DNA of 64,000 nt from a virus. The translations under genes and the position numbers were made by a program. The notes beneath the pieces are model-generated. The model was not told the DNA's origin. It was given only the letters and a program-made list of their open reading frames with translations, and ran no database searches. This document shows, in pieces, positions 37,101-47,531 of this stretch (its first letter is position 1; each line of letters opens with the position of its first letter). The stretch covers positions 1 to 64,000 of the IMG/VR virus record IMGVR_UViG_3300030329_004520, one strand, 5' to 3'.

Positions 37101-38516
37101 ACAATAGTTGTTGATAAAAATTTATTTAATTCACAATCATTTTGGTATGATATGACTACTATTGAGACATTTAATTTTCCATTATATGGTAGTGGGGCAG
37201 GTACTTTAGTTTATAATGAAAACTCAATTTTAATACCAGATACATTTACATTAAAAGATGATTTGAGATATGACCAAAGTGTTATAAAACAAAATCACGA
37301 TTTATTAAGTCACGATATAATTAATACACCACAATTAGATTTTTCCAGGTCTCCACAGAATGTTATTAACGATTTCTTAAAAGATAATTTGGGTAATTTA
37401 GATTTTAATGATTTGTTCGCCGACCCTAGAGATGAGTTTGAAGATTCCTATGAAGCCTTAGATAAATTTAATCATAACTTAATTAATAAATTTGATATAT
37501 CAATTAATATTAATAAATTTAAAAGAGGAGTATCAAGAATATTTAATTCATCACTTATAGAAAGTACTAAAAAAATGTTACCGGCTAGAGCGAAGTTAAT
37601 AGATGGACTCGTTTTAAAACCAACATATACTGAACGAATTAAAATAAAACCATTAAAAGAAAGACCTTCTGTTGAAAAGTTAGGTGACAATGAAGGAGTA
37701 TTACCAGATACAAGTTGGACTTTTACACCCGGAGAAGAACATAAACCATATGCATATTCATTTAATGATTTAGATGCTGATTTTGAAGAGACTTTCTATC
37801 CATGGTATGAGAATAAAGGTGATAGTACAGGTATAATTTTAGATGCGAGAGAATATCCAGATAGAATATTTGATGACAGACCGGAATTGTCTTGGGGTAC
37901 TACACTTAATGATACTCATTTCGTTAGTCATTTAGATGCTGGTATAAATAATGATTATAATACTGGATATTATGAAACTCAAGATGTATTTCATATGATT
38001 GGAGATATTGAATTTATATCTGGTTCATTACATTGGGGTTTACCTCAAATTGATTATATGAAAGATAGTACTTTTAAAAATAAAAAATTATTGAAAACAA
38101 GTGATGCTGTAGCTAGTAGAGAATTAGGAACTACTTTACAATATGTTTCTGTAAATAGTTCTTCTTATTATGGTAAACTAATTGATAATGAATTTAGAAG
38201 ACCACAAAATCATCATACAACTTTTGGTGGTCATAGTCATATGAATTTAGGTAGAATATATGAAGGATATCAACATCGTGGTGATATAGACAATAATACT
38301 TATTCTAATAATACTAAAGTTTCTTATGTTGCTCCAGCTGTAAGTGATTTGGCACATAAAGTAGTTGTACCTAAAGGAGCGATGACTGATACAACAAGTA
38401 AATTAGCATATGAAGATTTAACTACACAGGCATTTTATCGTATACAAATTGATAATAAAGGTAAAGGAAAATTAAAAGTTATTAGGAATGATGAGATAGA
38501 AGGTACCGCATCTTAA
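34104..38516 (+). CDS. large baseplate wedge-like structural protein
   Basis: NFVHFGSAE.R..N, M.GE.FD, NN..YIYKSKGT..SI.ALLNCYG.P..L.IKE; LamG-like G.VAEVR.W segment. Confidence 0.7.
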   Translation: MSSFFPQLTPSGIRFFVKKIANSKKEVQVSIIDNSITSYETGMFSWFNLTTGTEHTNKTHLYNIFTSLATTSNWAINQNEYELVISVGEGKYIPILNSLFVLDPAADNSDVNGYHMVYKTNEAIPATIKKNQTIDILILKSEYLNQEVFYAGKRPPIIKKFGNPLITDYSQTIPYQKEKLVEDFENFNELTGSVGKEKLIHTLSSSLQERLVDYSDFKNFVHFGSAEQRIKNYKTKVADIENLQINISKSLYTTGQSDPDTSDFNPSNQESVTSIRSQYFNELRTILNGFTDYEKFLYYDNQINFTGSSPGIGMNYIESEPLVTSDAIEKKADFEGFPYAYFISASTDKEVAFTAGKYMAEGNHFNNQTGSFYLSFLMKASGSFDERFKHINTQTSSLVNYPENSLNVNNILKPSSTGSEYRRYVFAASASYWLPNTGYQISHPGGNPITDWSSDSNQVKIIKEGTSVTGSLVQGFGDYANLLTTPVNAGESITGSFVPKGDLFNISIKDTSIGKATSAVVTDIKVTKTNPLDFLPFAIQYSVSSSTFNNWYDGILSSASFFDTHNIHRLYNNIPPTFQTMDTETSNRDMLQYVDMMGEFFDEYKVLIDDYYRVFDLGFSDYEMVPPKFNALLANSLGYDFLSEQSGSILEKFGLFDSFSSEQKEYNNKLFNNILNNIHYIYKSKGTDNSIRALLNCYGLPSNVLKIKETGQNLKSYEQTFLSNDTHLTAVNKLSEMTGSVSFEQYTEAFFTLIMHPMMNLTTEWNSSNVISQSAVEGVFKMETTPNTMSLFSSKVTTGGNDLWRVIVIPSGSSQPKKAKVKFQLNKSNKGVSPITTHGDTYSIETPYLDILDSKLTNILIQKSASLANAYPKTGTYDYELIVGKLDGERLKFVTGSKIQVAGGTLAGGRANQNWLSGSINQFYICPDYTGSVAEVRSWKEPLSVGAFKQHVYNPKNIVGNHFSSSLDDLEWHYYMGENYKSGSDKFEVIDVSPNTPDYTIVVDKNLFNSQSFWYDMTTIETFNFPLYGSGAGTLVYNENSILIPDTFTLKDDLRYDQSVIKQNHDLLSHDIINTPQLDFSRSPQNVINDFLKDNLGNLDFNDLFADPRDEFEDSYEALDKFNHNLINKFDISININKFKRGVSRIFNSSLIESTKKMLPARAKLIDGLVLKPTYTERIKIKPLKERPSVEKLGDNEGVLPDTSWTFTPGEEHKPYAYSFNDLDADFEETFYPWYENKGDSTGIILDAREYPDRIFDDRPELSWGTTLNDTHFVSHLDAGINNDYNTGYYETQDVFHMIGDIEFISGSLHWGLPQIDYMKDSTFKNKKLLKTSDAVASRELGTTLQYVSVNSSSYYGKLIDNEFRRPQNHHTTFGGHSHMNLGRIYEGYQHRGDIDNNTYSNNTKVSYVAPAVSDLAHKVVVPKGAMTDTTSKLAYEDLTTQAFYRIQIDNKGKGKLKVIRNDEIEGTAS

Positions 38517-38611
38517 TTTTTTTTAACATAAAATGAAAAAAAACTATATTTATATATGAAAACATATATGCAGTTAAGTTATAGTACATTTCATAATATA
38601 GGAGAACATTA

Positions 38612-39334
38612 ATGGGATATTTAGATAATTCAACTATTGTAGTTGATGCAGTTTTAACAAAAGAAGGTCGAAGATTATTGAGTGAAGGTCAAGGCCTAGA
38701 TATTCAATATTTTACTTTATCTGATTCCGGTATAGATTATACTTTATGGAATCCAGACCATCCAAGCGGTTCAGCTTATTATGGAGAAGCAATTGAAAAT
38801 TTACCATCTTTAGAAGCTTTACCTAGAGGTCAATTTTATATGCGTAACAAACTAATAACTTTAGGAAAAGGTGTTACGAGTATACCATATTGGGAAGTAA
38901 ATGGTAACACAGATTTACAGATTATACCAATAAAAACATCAGATGATAGTGACCCAAATACAGGTACATCAGATAATCCATCTTATTTAGGTGTAGAAGT
39001 TAACTTTGAAATAAAAGGTAGTACTGGTGAAGGTAATTATCAATTAACAATACCAAATGCTACTGCTTTAAGTAGTATTCAGGCTGGTGATTGGGGTAAT
39101 AATACTAATAACAATTGGCAAATAAATCCATTGAGTAACGAAGATGGTCAGAGTGTAACTTATCTTCAAAATATAGAAGCGGCTGATGCAGCATTTTATA
39201 ATTTACAACCTGGAAGTAATCAATTTTCAATTAGATTTAAAAGAACAAATGTATCAGCTGTAATGGATTGTTCACTTATTAGTCTACAGACTGGTATAAC
39301 AAAAACTTTTAGACTAGATATAGAAGCAATTTAA
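38612..39334 (+). CDS. baseplate/tail-collar protein
   Basis: MGYLDN..VDAVLT..GR.LL...I..F.LSD..IDY. Confidence 0.65.
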   Translation: MGYLDNSTIVVDAVLTKEGRRLLSEGQGLDIQYFTLSDSGIDYTLWNPDHPSGSAYYGEAIENLPSLEALPRGQFYMRNKLITLGKGVTSIPYWEVNGNTDLQIIPIKTSDDSDPNTGTSDNPSYLGVEVNFEIKGSTGEGNYQLTIPNATALSSIQAGDWGNNTNNNWQINPLSNEDGQSVTYLQNIEAADAAFYNLQPGSNQFSIRFKRTNVSAVMDCSLISLQTGITKTFRLDIEAI

Positions 39335-39353
39335 TAATTAGGAGAATAATACT

Positions 39354-40628
39354 ATGCCAAATCATTATGGAAATGCCGGTGGAAATAGAGGAAGAGGAAA
39401 TCTAGCTTCTAACACCCAAAGATTGAATCAAGGAGCGAGTCAAGGCACTGCATTCAGTCAACAAACTCAAGACCAATCTATCAATCTATCTTTCGGAGCA
39501 GCATTGTCAGTCGGTGATGTTTTGACAACTCAAACTAAAGTAACCAAAGGGTATTTTACTGGTGATACTGGCTTATTAACTGGAAATTTGATTCACACTG
39601 GAAGTTTAGGTTCTACTAATTTACCATACTATTATAATTTAACAAATAATCATCCTTTGTCATCAAGTGTAGCTACACAATTCGCAATAACATTTGGTCA
39701 TAGAGGAGGTTCTGGTTCTCAATGTCTAGATGGTACTGGTAATGAAACTTTAGTTGGTCCTAGTAAAGCTATTTATAATCAATTAGCTACTTTAGTATTA
39801 CCGGAAGGTGAAGTATCGGGTGGTTTCGAAATATCAAAACAAGGTAATCACGCAGAAACTGCAGCTGGTCCTTTAACAGGTCCTGATGAATATATTTATG
39901 CATTAATTGGTCAACGAGGTCGTTTTAAAGATGAATTAGATTATGGTAATTGGACATTAAAATTAAAAGGACAAAACTCTGATGGTACTGATACAAGAAC
40001 ATTATACTTAACTGATGATAGTAAAGATACAAGTGCTACCGTTAAAAATAGTATTTATGGTAGAAAATTTAATATCGTAAGTGGTTCAGTAGGTAATACA
40101 ATAAGTAGTTCAGCATACAGAACATTTGGTTGGTATTATCCAGAAGCGGGTATGATGATATTAAGTGGTCACGAATTATCTGCTAGTATACCTGGACAAA
40201 CAAACACCAAACATATGACTGCTAGTTTTGATGCATCTGTAACAGCTGGAACACATTTAACACATAGTGGCTTCGCTCCTAACTTACATAATGGTGGTAA
40301 TCCACAAAATGCACTGAGATTAGCTACTTGTATGAGATATATTAATACTGCAGAACAAAGATTTAGAAGTGCTCAAATTCAAAACAAGAAAAGTTATTTT
40401 TTAACCGTACCACCATCGGCTTGTAATTTTTCCACTAACCCGACATTTACTTCTGGTTCAGCTGGAAAAATTCGACATAAATCTATGTATGGTAATCCGA
40501 ATGTATTTATAACTACCGTTGGTTTACATCGTAGTGATGGACGATTAGTAGCAGTTGCTAAATTGTCATCACCAATTATAAAAAACTTTGGAGTACAGAC
40601 AACGATAAAAGTAAACTTAACTTATTAA
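39354..40628 (+). CDS. baseplate/tail structural protein (paralog 1)
   Basis: C-terminal N.STNPTF...ITTVGL...LVAVAKLS.P..K. Confidence 0.65.
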   Translation: MPNHYGNAGGNRGRGNLASNTQRLNQGASQGTAFSQQTQDQSINLSFGAALSVGDVLTTQTKVTKGYFTGDTGLLTGNLIHTGSLGSTNLPYYYNLTNNHPLSSSVATQFAITFGHRGGSGSQCLDGTGNETLVGPSKAIYNQLATLVLPEGEVSGGFEISKQGNHAETAAGPLTGPDEYIYALIGQRGRFKDELDYGNWTLKLKGQNSDGTDTRTLYLTDDSKDTSATVKNSIYGRKFNIVSGSVGNTISSSAYRTFGWYYPEAGMMILSGHELSASIPGQTNTKHMTASFDASVTAGTHLTHSGFAPNLHNGGNPQNALRLATCMRYINTAEQRFRSAQIQNKKSYFLTVPPSACNFSTNPTFTSGSAGKIRHKSMYGNPNVFITTVGLHRSDGRLVAVAKLSSPIIKNFGVQTTIKVNLTY

Positions 40629-40643
40629 GGTTGGAAAAATGAT

Positions 40644-41633
40644 ATGGCTACATTTTATAAAGGCATTGAATATGTATCAAATCCACGAGAAAGAGTAGTT
40701 TATTACAAAAACCAATCATTTACTAATACAGATGAGGGTATTTCTTCCGTACAATTCAGGTCAGAATCTTTACAATATGAATCAGCGACTGGTTTAAAAC
40801 AACATACAATTTCTGGTAGTCATTATCAGTTCGCAGATAATTTTTTAAATTCTGATAAAGAATCTCAATTTGATGGATATGTAAACATACATAGAAATAA
40901 ATTTTATACATCAGGTTCAGTACTTTATATTCCTCAACAATATTTCGGAGAGCAGATAAAACCAAAATCTTTTACTTTAACTGATGACTCTACAGCTAAA
41001 CAAGTAATAATAAAAGATGATGGAAGAGGTAACTTGTTTTCATCTAATGCACATAATTCAAGAAGTGTAAGTTCCGTTTCGTCTTCAGATAATTATGTAG
41101 GAAATATTCATTATCAGAGTGGTGTAGTTTTACTTACAGAAACAGCTTCGTGGTCAGGTTCTGGATTAAATACAACAGATATAAATTATAGTGATGTTAC
41201 ACGAGGTAGTTATAGAGTTGATTTTAATTCAACACAAACAATTACACAAAATGAAATAATTGTAAAGATTAAATCACACGAGTTCAACGCAACAGGTAAT
41301 CAAAGTATTTATAAAAACCATGACGCGGTCAGGTCATCAGAAATAATAGAAAATATTTCTAAAAGTATAGATGATTTTTCACCATACGCAACAGGTATAG
41401 CATTTTATAAAGATATACCATCTGTTTTATCTATTAGAACGATAGATACAGGTGAGAGGACTATAGTATCAAAGTCATATGATGAATCGTATAATCCTAT
41501 AGATGAATATGTAGGAGATGATGTAGTTTTTTATGTTCCTGAAACTGAACCATTAATGGTGGCCAAATTTCCTAGACCAATTAAAATAGATAGTACTGGT
41601 GATATAACATTAATTATTAGATATGATACATAA
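40644..41633 (+). CDS. baseplate/tail structural protein (paralog 2)
   Basis: GEQIKP.SF, DDG.GNL, VGNI.Y..G, EFN.T.N, MVAKFPRPIK. Confidence 0.65.
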   Translation: MATFYKGIEYVSNPRERVVYYKNQSFTNTDEGISSVQFRSESLQYESATGLKQHTISGSHYQFADNFLNSDKESQFDGYVNIHRNKFYTSGSVLYIPQQYFGEQIKPKSFTLTDDSTAKQVIIKDDGRGNLFSSNAHNSRSVSSVSSSDNYVGNIHYQSGVVLLTETASWSGSGLNTTDINYSDVTRGSYRVDFNSTQTITQNEIIVKIKSHEFNATGNQSIYKNHDAVRSSEIIENISKSIDDFSPYATGIAFYKDIPSVLSIRTIDTGERTIVSKSYDESYNPIDEYVGDDVVFYVPETEPLMVAKFPRPIKIDSTGDITLIIRYDT

Positions 41634-41644
41634 AAGAGAAAAAG

Positions 41645-44600
41645 ATGGCACAAAATAATCAAAATCAACAAACTGATACTGGTGGTAATAATAATATAGA
41701 TTATACAATAAATTTATTTTTACACGGAGTAGATGTAGGAACTATTGTAGAAATAGGAACAGCCAATTCATTTTTTGGTAATCAACGACTTACAAATGTA
41801 CCTTCAGTAGAAGAATTAGAATTAGTTAGTCAAATAAATCCTATAAGTAGTGCACATCCACAGATGTTAAACAAATGTTTTCAATTTCCGGGATATCGTC
41901 TTTCTACTAATAGTGCAGATACTTATGAAGAATCTTTAATTAATCCATTAGGTGGTTATGGAGCTTTAAGTCATACTAGTTGGAACACTTATTTTGCTGA
42001 TTCAAGTTGGAAATATGAAGGTAGTAATAGTTCTGTTTATTTTACAGCACCGGCTCAGAATAATACTTGGAATTGGACTACATATTTACAAGTTCTTTTA
42101 AATCACAATAGAATAAGTGGACTACCTATGTTACTTGATGAAAGTAGTCATTTAACTCGTTGTAAACAAATTATAAGAGGTGTTGGTAATGGAAATCCTC
42201 CATATGAGTGGATACCAGTAACTACACCATTAATAAAAACTAGAATGTTATTACGAGAATGGCATGACACTAGTTTACAGACAACAGACGATTGGGTAGA
42301 ATTTTATTGGGTAGCACAATGTAATGGGCATGTTAATGGAATAACTGGAGACCCTACTACTGATTTTCGTTTATTAGATAGTTCTGGTACTCCTATAGAA
42401 TTTGGTACTTTTCCTGGTATGGAATTCGGAGCTGCATTGACTGGTACATATACTAATCCAAATGGCCAAACTTTTGGTATAGAAGGTAACATATATGATT
42501 TATATCAAGTAGCATTACCATATGGTATGCCGAAATTAGTAATACCATTTAGACGACCTTTATCAGTTACTTTTGATGATTGTTTTGCGGACGGAGCTGA
42601 GTACCAAGGAGCACTTGATGGTGAAGGAATTACATTCGGAGATTTTTCAGAAACTTTAGGATTCAGACAACCACGAGTTTTCCCGTTCACTGGATTACAT
42701 AATCCAACAGGACAAGTAACTGATGGCTTTCCACATAAAGGTTTTGCACCGGGTGATGAACCAAACGATGCTTTAATAAATGCATATGAGTCACAGGACA
42801 ATTATATACAAGATACAGCTGACCAATGGGGACCTTACATATGGGGTATAGGAGAATTTTCTTCTTATCAAGATAGACACCGATTATTTGGGATAAATAA
42901 TGGAAATCTTTCATTACAAGGATTTTTCATTAATGATTATGATTTAGCTAACATATACGAATATGATTCACATACAGGTTTCCCTATAAATCATAATGCA
43001 GATACTTATCAAGCCAATATGAATATATATAATCAAATAATAAATCATCCTAATATATCTCTACAAAATAAACAGAAAGTTTATTTAATGCGACAAAGAT
43101 ATGCTATGACTGCACTTGATGGTTGGGGACAAGCGACTGGTGGATTTTTACCATCTATACAATCAGTATTAGATGCGTATCAAATGAGTTCTGGATTAAA
43201 TTCATCTAATAGTTTAATGATTGATATTAATGAAAAACTATGTCCATTAGGTCCTCCGGCACCAGCTGGTTATGACCCAATAGTAGGTCATAATTGGGAA
43301 CAATTTTTTGGAATATCAGCTGATGAGAATATATCATTTTCAGATGGATATGTTCCATTTTATTTTTCTAATTCATTAAATTTTAATGTTACAGATGAAA
43401 CTACTACAGATGGTTTTAACAACTCAGCTCTTATAAATAGTTTTAATAATTATTGTGCCGAACATTCTATTCAGATAAGTGGAGCAAATTTAACAAATTT
43501 ATTCCATTTATGTCAAGAATTTGTAGATAGAAAAATATGGGAATGGTGTTTCGATGCATATGTAGTAGCTAGACAACTTTATAGTGGTTCAAGTCCAACA
43601 CCAACTCCGACAGAATTATTCATATTAAGTGAATCTGGAACAGGAGCTATAACATTACAAATGATACAAGAAAATGAATCACTATCAGCGGCTGATAAAG
43701 ATAAAGTTACTTTATTTAGATTAATAGTGATGACATTGTATAGTATGTGGTTACAACAATATAATAGTGAAAATGGACCCGCGTTTAATCATCCTAATCA
43801 TTTATTCGCTCCGTTTACAGGTCAATGGTCAGAATCAGAAGGAGCGACAACTGAAGAACAAAGCACTTTAAATGATATTAGTTATCCACCACATGCGGCA
43901 TGGGAAACTTATGTTGAGAATGGTTGGTCAGATTGGATAAAATTAGCTATAATAACTCTACCGACGAATTATGGTGGTATACAAATGTTTGAAACTTATA
44001 ATTTTATAATATATTGTGCCTCAGGTGGAACAATATATATACCAAATGATACATATCAAGCTACACCGAGTGATAATTTCTTACCAGATGCGATGACAAG
44101 TGATGTAGATTGGGGAGTCTTTTATCAACCAATGGGATATATTCTTGAACCTGGATGGAATACTATCACTTACTATGGTCCCGATTTTACAGGAACAAAT
44201 CCGTGGGCAGAAGCTGCTTATATAAATGAAAATTTTGATGGACTAAATGGTCAAATAGAATTTATTAATTTTGGTAGTTCTCAATCTTTAATATATTCAT
44301 ATGAATCTATTACTACTGATGAAGGTAACTTCGTCACAGGTTTCTATCCTTCGAGTGCAACAGGTGAAACTATTTTAAAATATGGTCAAGAAATACAAGT
44401 TAAAGTTAGTGAACAACAAGTTGAGTTTGAAACTATGGCATTCGGTAGTCCTATTGAAAATGTTTATAATTATTGGTTTAGTACGAATACTACTATGTAT
44501 CAAATGGTACAAACTTTGATGATGGCCGGTTATAATGGTACAACATTAGATGCTAATGGTGATGGAGATATAACTTTAGCTGACGGAATGGCTATAGCTA

Positions 44601-46054
44601 ATGCATTGGATGATTATAGACCATATCAATTTATTCAATGGGCTCAACAGATTGGCCAAAGTGATATTATATATCAATATTTTCCACCGAATGGTATGAC
44701 GATAAATCCTTTAACACAAGATGAAATACAAGAATTTGGTTTACCTCCAATGCCAAGTTTATTTTACGCACCAGCTGGCTCAGTAAAAACATTTGACGCA
44801 ATACAAAATTTAACACATAATAGAACACGAGGTTACTTTAAAGGTAATCCAGCATTGAATGAAATCGGTGCTACAACAATGTTAACAGCTACTAATGGTA
44901 ATTCTACATTACCCAACTATGAAGGTACGAATGCATCACAGAATGAAATTGGAGCACGATACATTAATGGTAACCAAATATTTACTCAAAGTCGTAACCC
45001 AAGTAATGACCCATATAATTATGTTATTTTAGATGGTGACCCTAGTAACGCCGATTCAGAACCTATCTTTTCTGTTAGTTTTGGTCAAAGAGAGGGTTCG
45101 GGTTCAAGAGTTAGTGGAAATGGTAAATCGGCGGCATATGCTATATATAAACAATGGGCTAATACACTACTTGGTACGGAACGAGGAGAATTTTTCTCAA
45201 TATCAGGTTCTTTGAGAGGTACAGATTTAGCTCCTTCAGATAATGTCAATAGTAATTCACCTATTTCTGATTCAAATAGAAATCCTGACGAATATATCTA
45301 TGTTTTATCTTCTATTAAAAAAGGTGATGCTATTTTAGATAAAAATATACCAGATTGGCAAATAACTTTAAGTGGTTCCAATCTTACAGGAGGAGGAGCT
45401 ACCGTAAGTTTTGTTAGTGATTATGAATTTAATAAAGGTGGTTACTATCAAAGTAATGGTTTACTAAGATATAATATAATTAGAAAACAAATACAGGGAG
45501 ATGGTTCTAATCAAGGCTTAACGCCACCAAGTTCAGCTTCTTATGGTCATTTTTATCCAGATATGGGAGTTTGGGTATTCAATGAAATGGTAGTAAGACA
45601 TTTTGGAGGACAAGGAAGTACTGATGTAGTTGATTTCAATAGACCTGGTAAATCTCATAATGGTTTAGCGATGAATGGAGCAGCAAGAAGTGATAAAGAA
45701 TATAATAATGCATTAAAATTTGTAAATGCTCTTAGAAATAGAGGAACAAGTAAATGTATTGAAAGTTTAGTTTACCAAAATGAAGAAAACTTAAAATTAT
45801 GTGTAGCTAGAATAAAGCCTGAAGAATTAAATTATACTTTGAATCAAACAAGATTAGAAAAAAATGGTAAATTAAATACTTTTAGTAATACTATGAATTA
45901 TGAAGAAAATACTGATAATACTCCTACATCGTTTGCTAATAGTATTCAAATATATGATAAATATGGTTATATGGTGGCTGTAGGTAATTTAAGTACACCA
46001 TTAAAAAAAGATTTTAATTCAGAAATAGTTATTAAAGTTGTAGTACCAACATAA
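41645..46054 (+). CDS. paralog 3 with ~1050-aa N-terminal extension
   Basis: last ~410 aa align by eye with 39354-40628; DANGDGDITLAD loop. Confidence 0.65.
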   Translation: MAQNNQNQQTDTGGNNNIDYTINLFLHGVDVGTIVEIGTANSFFGNQRLTNVPSVEELELVSQINPISSAHPQMLNKCFQFPGYRLSTNSADTYEESLINPLGGYGALSHTSWNTYFADSSWKYEGSNSSVYFTAPAQNNTWNWTTYLQVLLNHNRISGLPMLLDESSHLTRCKQIIRGVGNGNPPYEWIPVTTPLIKTRMLLREWHDTSLQTTDDWVEFYWVAQCNGHVNGITGDPTTDFRLLDSSGTPIEFGTFPGMEFGAALTGTYTNPNGQTFGIEGNIYDLYQVALPYGMPKLVIPFRRPLSVTFDDCFADGAEYQGALDGEGITFGDFSETLGFRQPRVFPFTGLHNPTGQVTDGFPHKGFAPGDEPNDALINAYESQDNYIQDTADQWGPYIWGIGEFSSYQDRHRLFGINNGNLSLQGFFINDYDLANIYEYDSHTGFPINHNADTYQANMNIYNQIINHPNISLQNKQKVYLMRQRYAMTALDGWGQATGGFLPSIQSVLDAYQMSSGLNSSNSLMIDINEKLCPLGPPAPAGYDPIVGHNWEQFFGISADENISFSDGYVPFYFSNSLNFNVTDETTTDGFNNSALINSFNNYCAEHSIQISGANLTNLFHLCQEFVDRKIWEWCFDAYVVARQLYSGSSPTPTPTELFILSESGTGAITLQMIQENESLSAADKDKVTLFRLIVMTLYSMWLQQYNSENGPAFNHPNHLFAPFTGQWSESEGATTEEQSTLNDISYPPHAAWETYVENGWSDWIKLAIITLPTNYGGIQMFETYNFIIYCASGGTIYIPNDTYQATPSDNFLPDAMTSDVDWGVFYQPMGYILEPGWNTITYYGPDFTGTNPWAEAAYINENFDGLNGQIEFINFGSSQSLIYSYESITTDEGNFVTGFYPSSATGETILKYGQEIQVKVSEQQVEFETMAFGSPIENVYNYWFSTNTTMYQMVQTLMMAGYNGTTLDANGDGDITLADGMAIANALDDYRPYQFIQWAQQIGQSDIIYQYFPPNGMTINPLTQDEIQEFGLPPMPSLFYAPAGSVKTFDAIQNLTHNRTRGYFKGNPALNEIGATTMLTATNGNSTLPNYEGTNASQNEIGARYINGNQIFTQSRNPSNDPYNYVILDGDPSNADSEPIFSVSFGQREGSGSRVSGNGKSAAYAIYKQWANTLLGTERGEFFSISGSLRGTDLAPSDNVNSNSPISDSNRNPDEYIYVLSSIKKGDAILDKNIPDWQITLSGSNLTGGGATVSFVSDYEFNKGGYYQSNGLLRYNIIRKQIQGDGSNQGLTPPSSASYGHFYPDMGVWVFNEMVVRHFGGQGSTDVVDFNRPGKSHNGLAMNGAARSDKEYNNALKFVNALRNRGTSKCIESLVYQNEENLKLCVARIKPEELNYTLNQTRLEKNGKLNTFSNTMNYEENTDNTPTSFANSIQIYDKYGYMVAVGNLSTPLKKDFNSEIVIKVVVPT

Positions 46055-46064
46055 GGAAAATAAA

Positions 46065-46577
46065 ATGGTTACATTAGGATTAGATGCATCTACGACTTGT
46101 GTCGGATATGCATTCACACAAGATAAGAAGATTCTCGATATGGGATTCATCGACATCAAAAAAGAAAAAACACCAAAAGATAAAGTTCAGAAAGTTCTTG
46201 GATTTCTCAATGAAAGTTCGTATATTGATGAAGTTATGGATATTAACATTGAAGATAATCTATCAGGATTTGCTGGTGGAAGAACTTCACAACAAGTTAT
46301 TATCAAATTAGCTAAGTTTAATGCTATACTATGTTTTATGTTAGAAGAAATGTTTGAGTTTAATGTTCATAGTATAAATCCAATGACTGCTAGAAAACAA
46401 GTGTTTGGAAAAGCTAGAGTCAAAGGAATCAAAGCTAAAGATTTAGTTAAAATGAAAATAGAAGAAATGTATAACACAAAGAAATGGTGTAAAGAAACTA
46501 CACGAGGTAATTGGGATAAAAGAAATATCGATATGTACGATGGTTTAGTAATGTCACTTTTTAAAAATAAAGCTTGA
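46065..46577 (+). CDS. RuvC-like Holliday junction resolvase
   Basis: LGLDASTT..G, IED, LAKFN, ARK.V.G, D..D. Confidence 0.8.
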   Translation: MVTLGLDASTTCVGYAFTQDKKILDMGFIDIKKEKTPKDKVQKVLGFLNESSYIDEVMDINIEDNLSGFAGGRTSQQVIIKLAKFNAILCFMLEEMFEFNVHSINPMTARKQVFGKARVKGIKAKDLVKMKIEEMYNTKKWCKETTRGNWDKRNIDMYDGLVMSLFKNKA

Positions 46578-46603
46578 CTTTTATACTAAAACCTTCGTAT
46601 ATT
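46574..46603 (+). promoter_or_regulatory. sigma70-type promoter; probably leaderless primase mRNA
   Basis: TTGACT-N18-TATATT, ATG follows after 7 nt, no SD. Confidence 0.65.
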
Positions 46604-46610
46604 GTATTAA

Positions 46611-47531
46611 ATGTATAAATACGAATTAGTCACATTATTAGAAAAAGTATTAATGAAGAGTTACCAAATGAAAAATGGTGAGCATGCTTTTCATTGTCCT
46701 TTCTGTAATCATCACAAAAAGAAATTACAAGTAAACTTTGACACCCAAAAATGGCATTGTTGGGTTTGTAATGCTGGTGGTCATAAGATTGGTATATTAC
46801 TCAGAAAGATAAATGCACCTAAACAAATCATTTCAGAGGTATTGAAAATACTCGGTGATTATAGAGGTGTCAAACACGAAAAAGATGAAAAAACAGAATA
46901 TAATGTTAGTTTACCACAATGTTATAAACCTCTTTGGAAAAAATCAGATGATACATTATATAAGCATGCGATACATTATTTGAAACAAAGAAATATCGGT
47001 CCGATAGATATTCTTCGTTATTCAATAGGATATTGTTCATCAAATGGATACTCTAATCGTATTATTATTCCGAGTTATGATGCTGATGGTAAATTGAATT
47101 ATTTTATAGCACGAGATATGTTTCCAAATTCAAAGTTTAAATATAAGAATCCACCAATGTCAAAAGACACGGTGTGTTTTGAGATGTTTATAAATTGGAA
47201 AGAACCAATTGTTTTATGTGAAGGAGCATTTGATGCTATAGCTATTAGAAATAATGTAATACCTTTATTAGGTAAATTTCCAAGTAAAACATTAGTTATG
47301 AGATTAGTGGAAAAGAAAGTAAAAAAGATTTATATCGCACTTGATGAAGATGCGAGACAAGATGCCATTAAGTTAAGTAAGTTTTTAATGGATTATGGTA
47401 TTGAAACATATTTAATAGACTTGAAAGATAAAGACCCTTCAGAAATGGGATTTAATAAATTTTGGAATTTATTACACGATACAAAACAAACAAAATTTTC
47501 AGATATAGTTAAGGGGAGATTATATGCGTAG
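46611..47531 (+). CDS. DnaG-type DNA primase
   Basis: CPFC..HCWVC Zn finger, RIIIP, KYKNP, TOPRIM CEG.FD and ALDEDA. Confidence 0.9.
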   Translation: MYKYELVTLLEKVLMKSYQMKNGEHAFHCPFCNHHKKKLQVNFDTQKWHCWVCNAGGHKIGILLRKINAPKQIISEVLKILGDYRGVKHEKDEKTEYNVSLPQCYKPLWKKSDDTLYKHAIHYLKQRNIGPIDILRYSIGYCSSNGYSNRIIIPSYDADGKLNYFIARDMFPNSKFKYKNPPMSKDTVCFEMFINWKEPIVLCEGAFDAIAIRNNVIPLLGKFPSKTLVMRLVEKKVKKIYIALDEDARQDAIKLSKFLMDYGIETYLIDLKDKDPSEMGFNKFWNLLHDTKQTKFSDIVKGRLYA

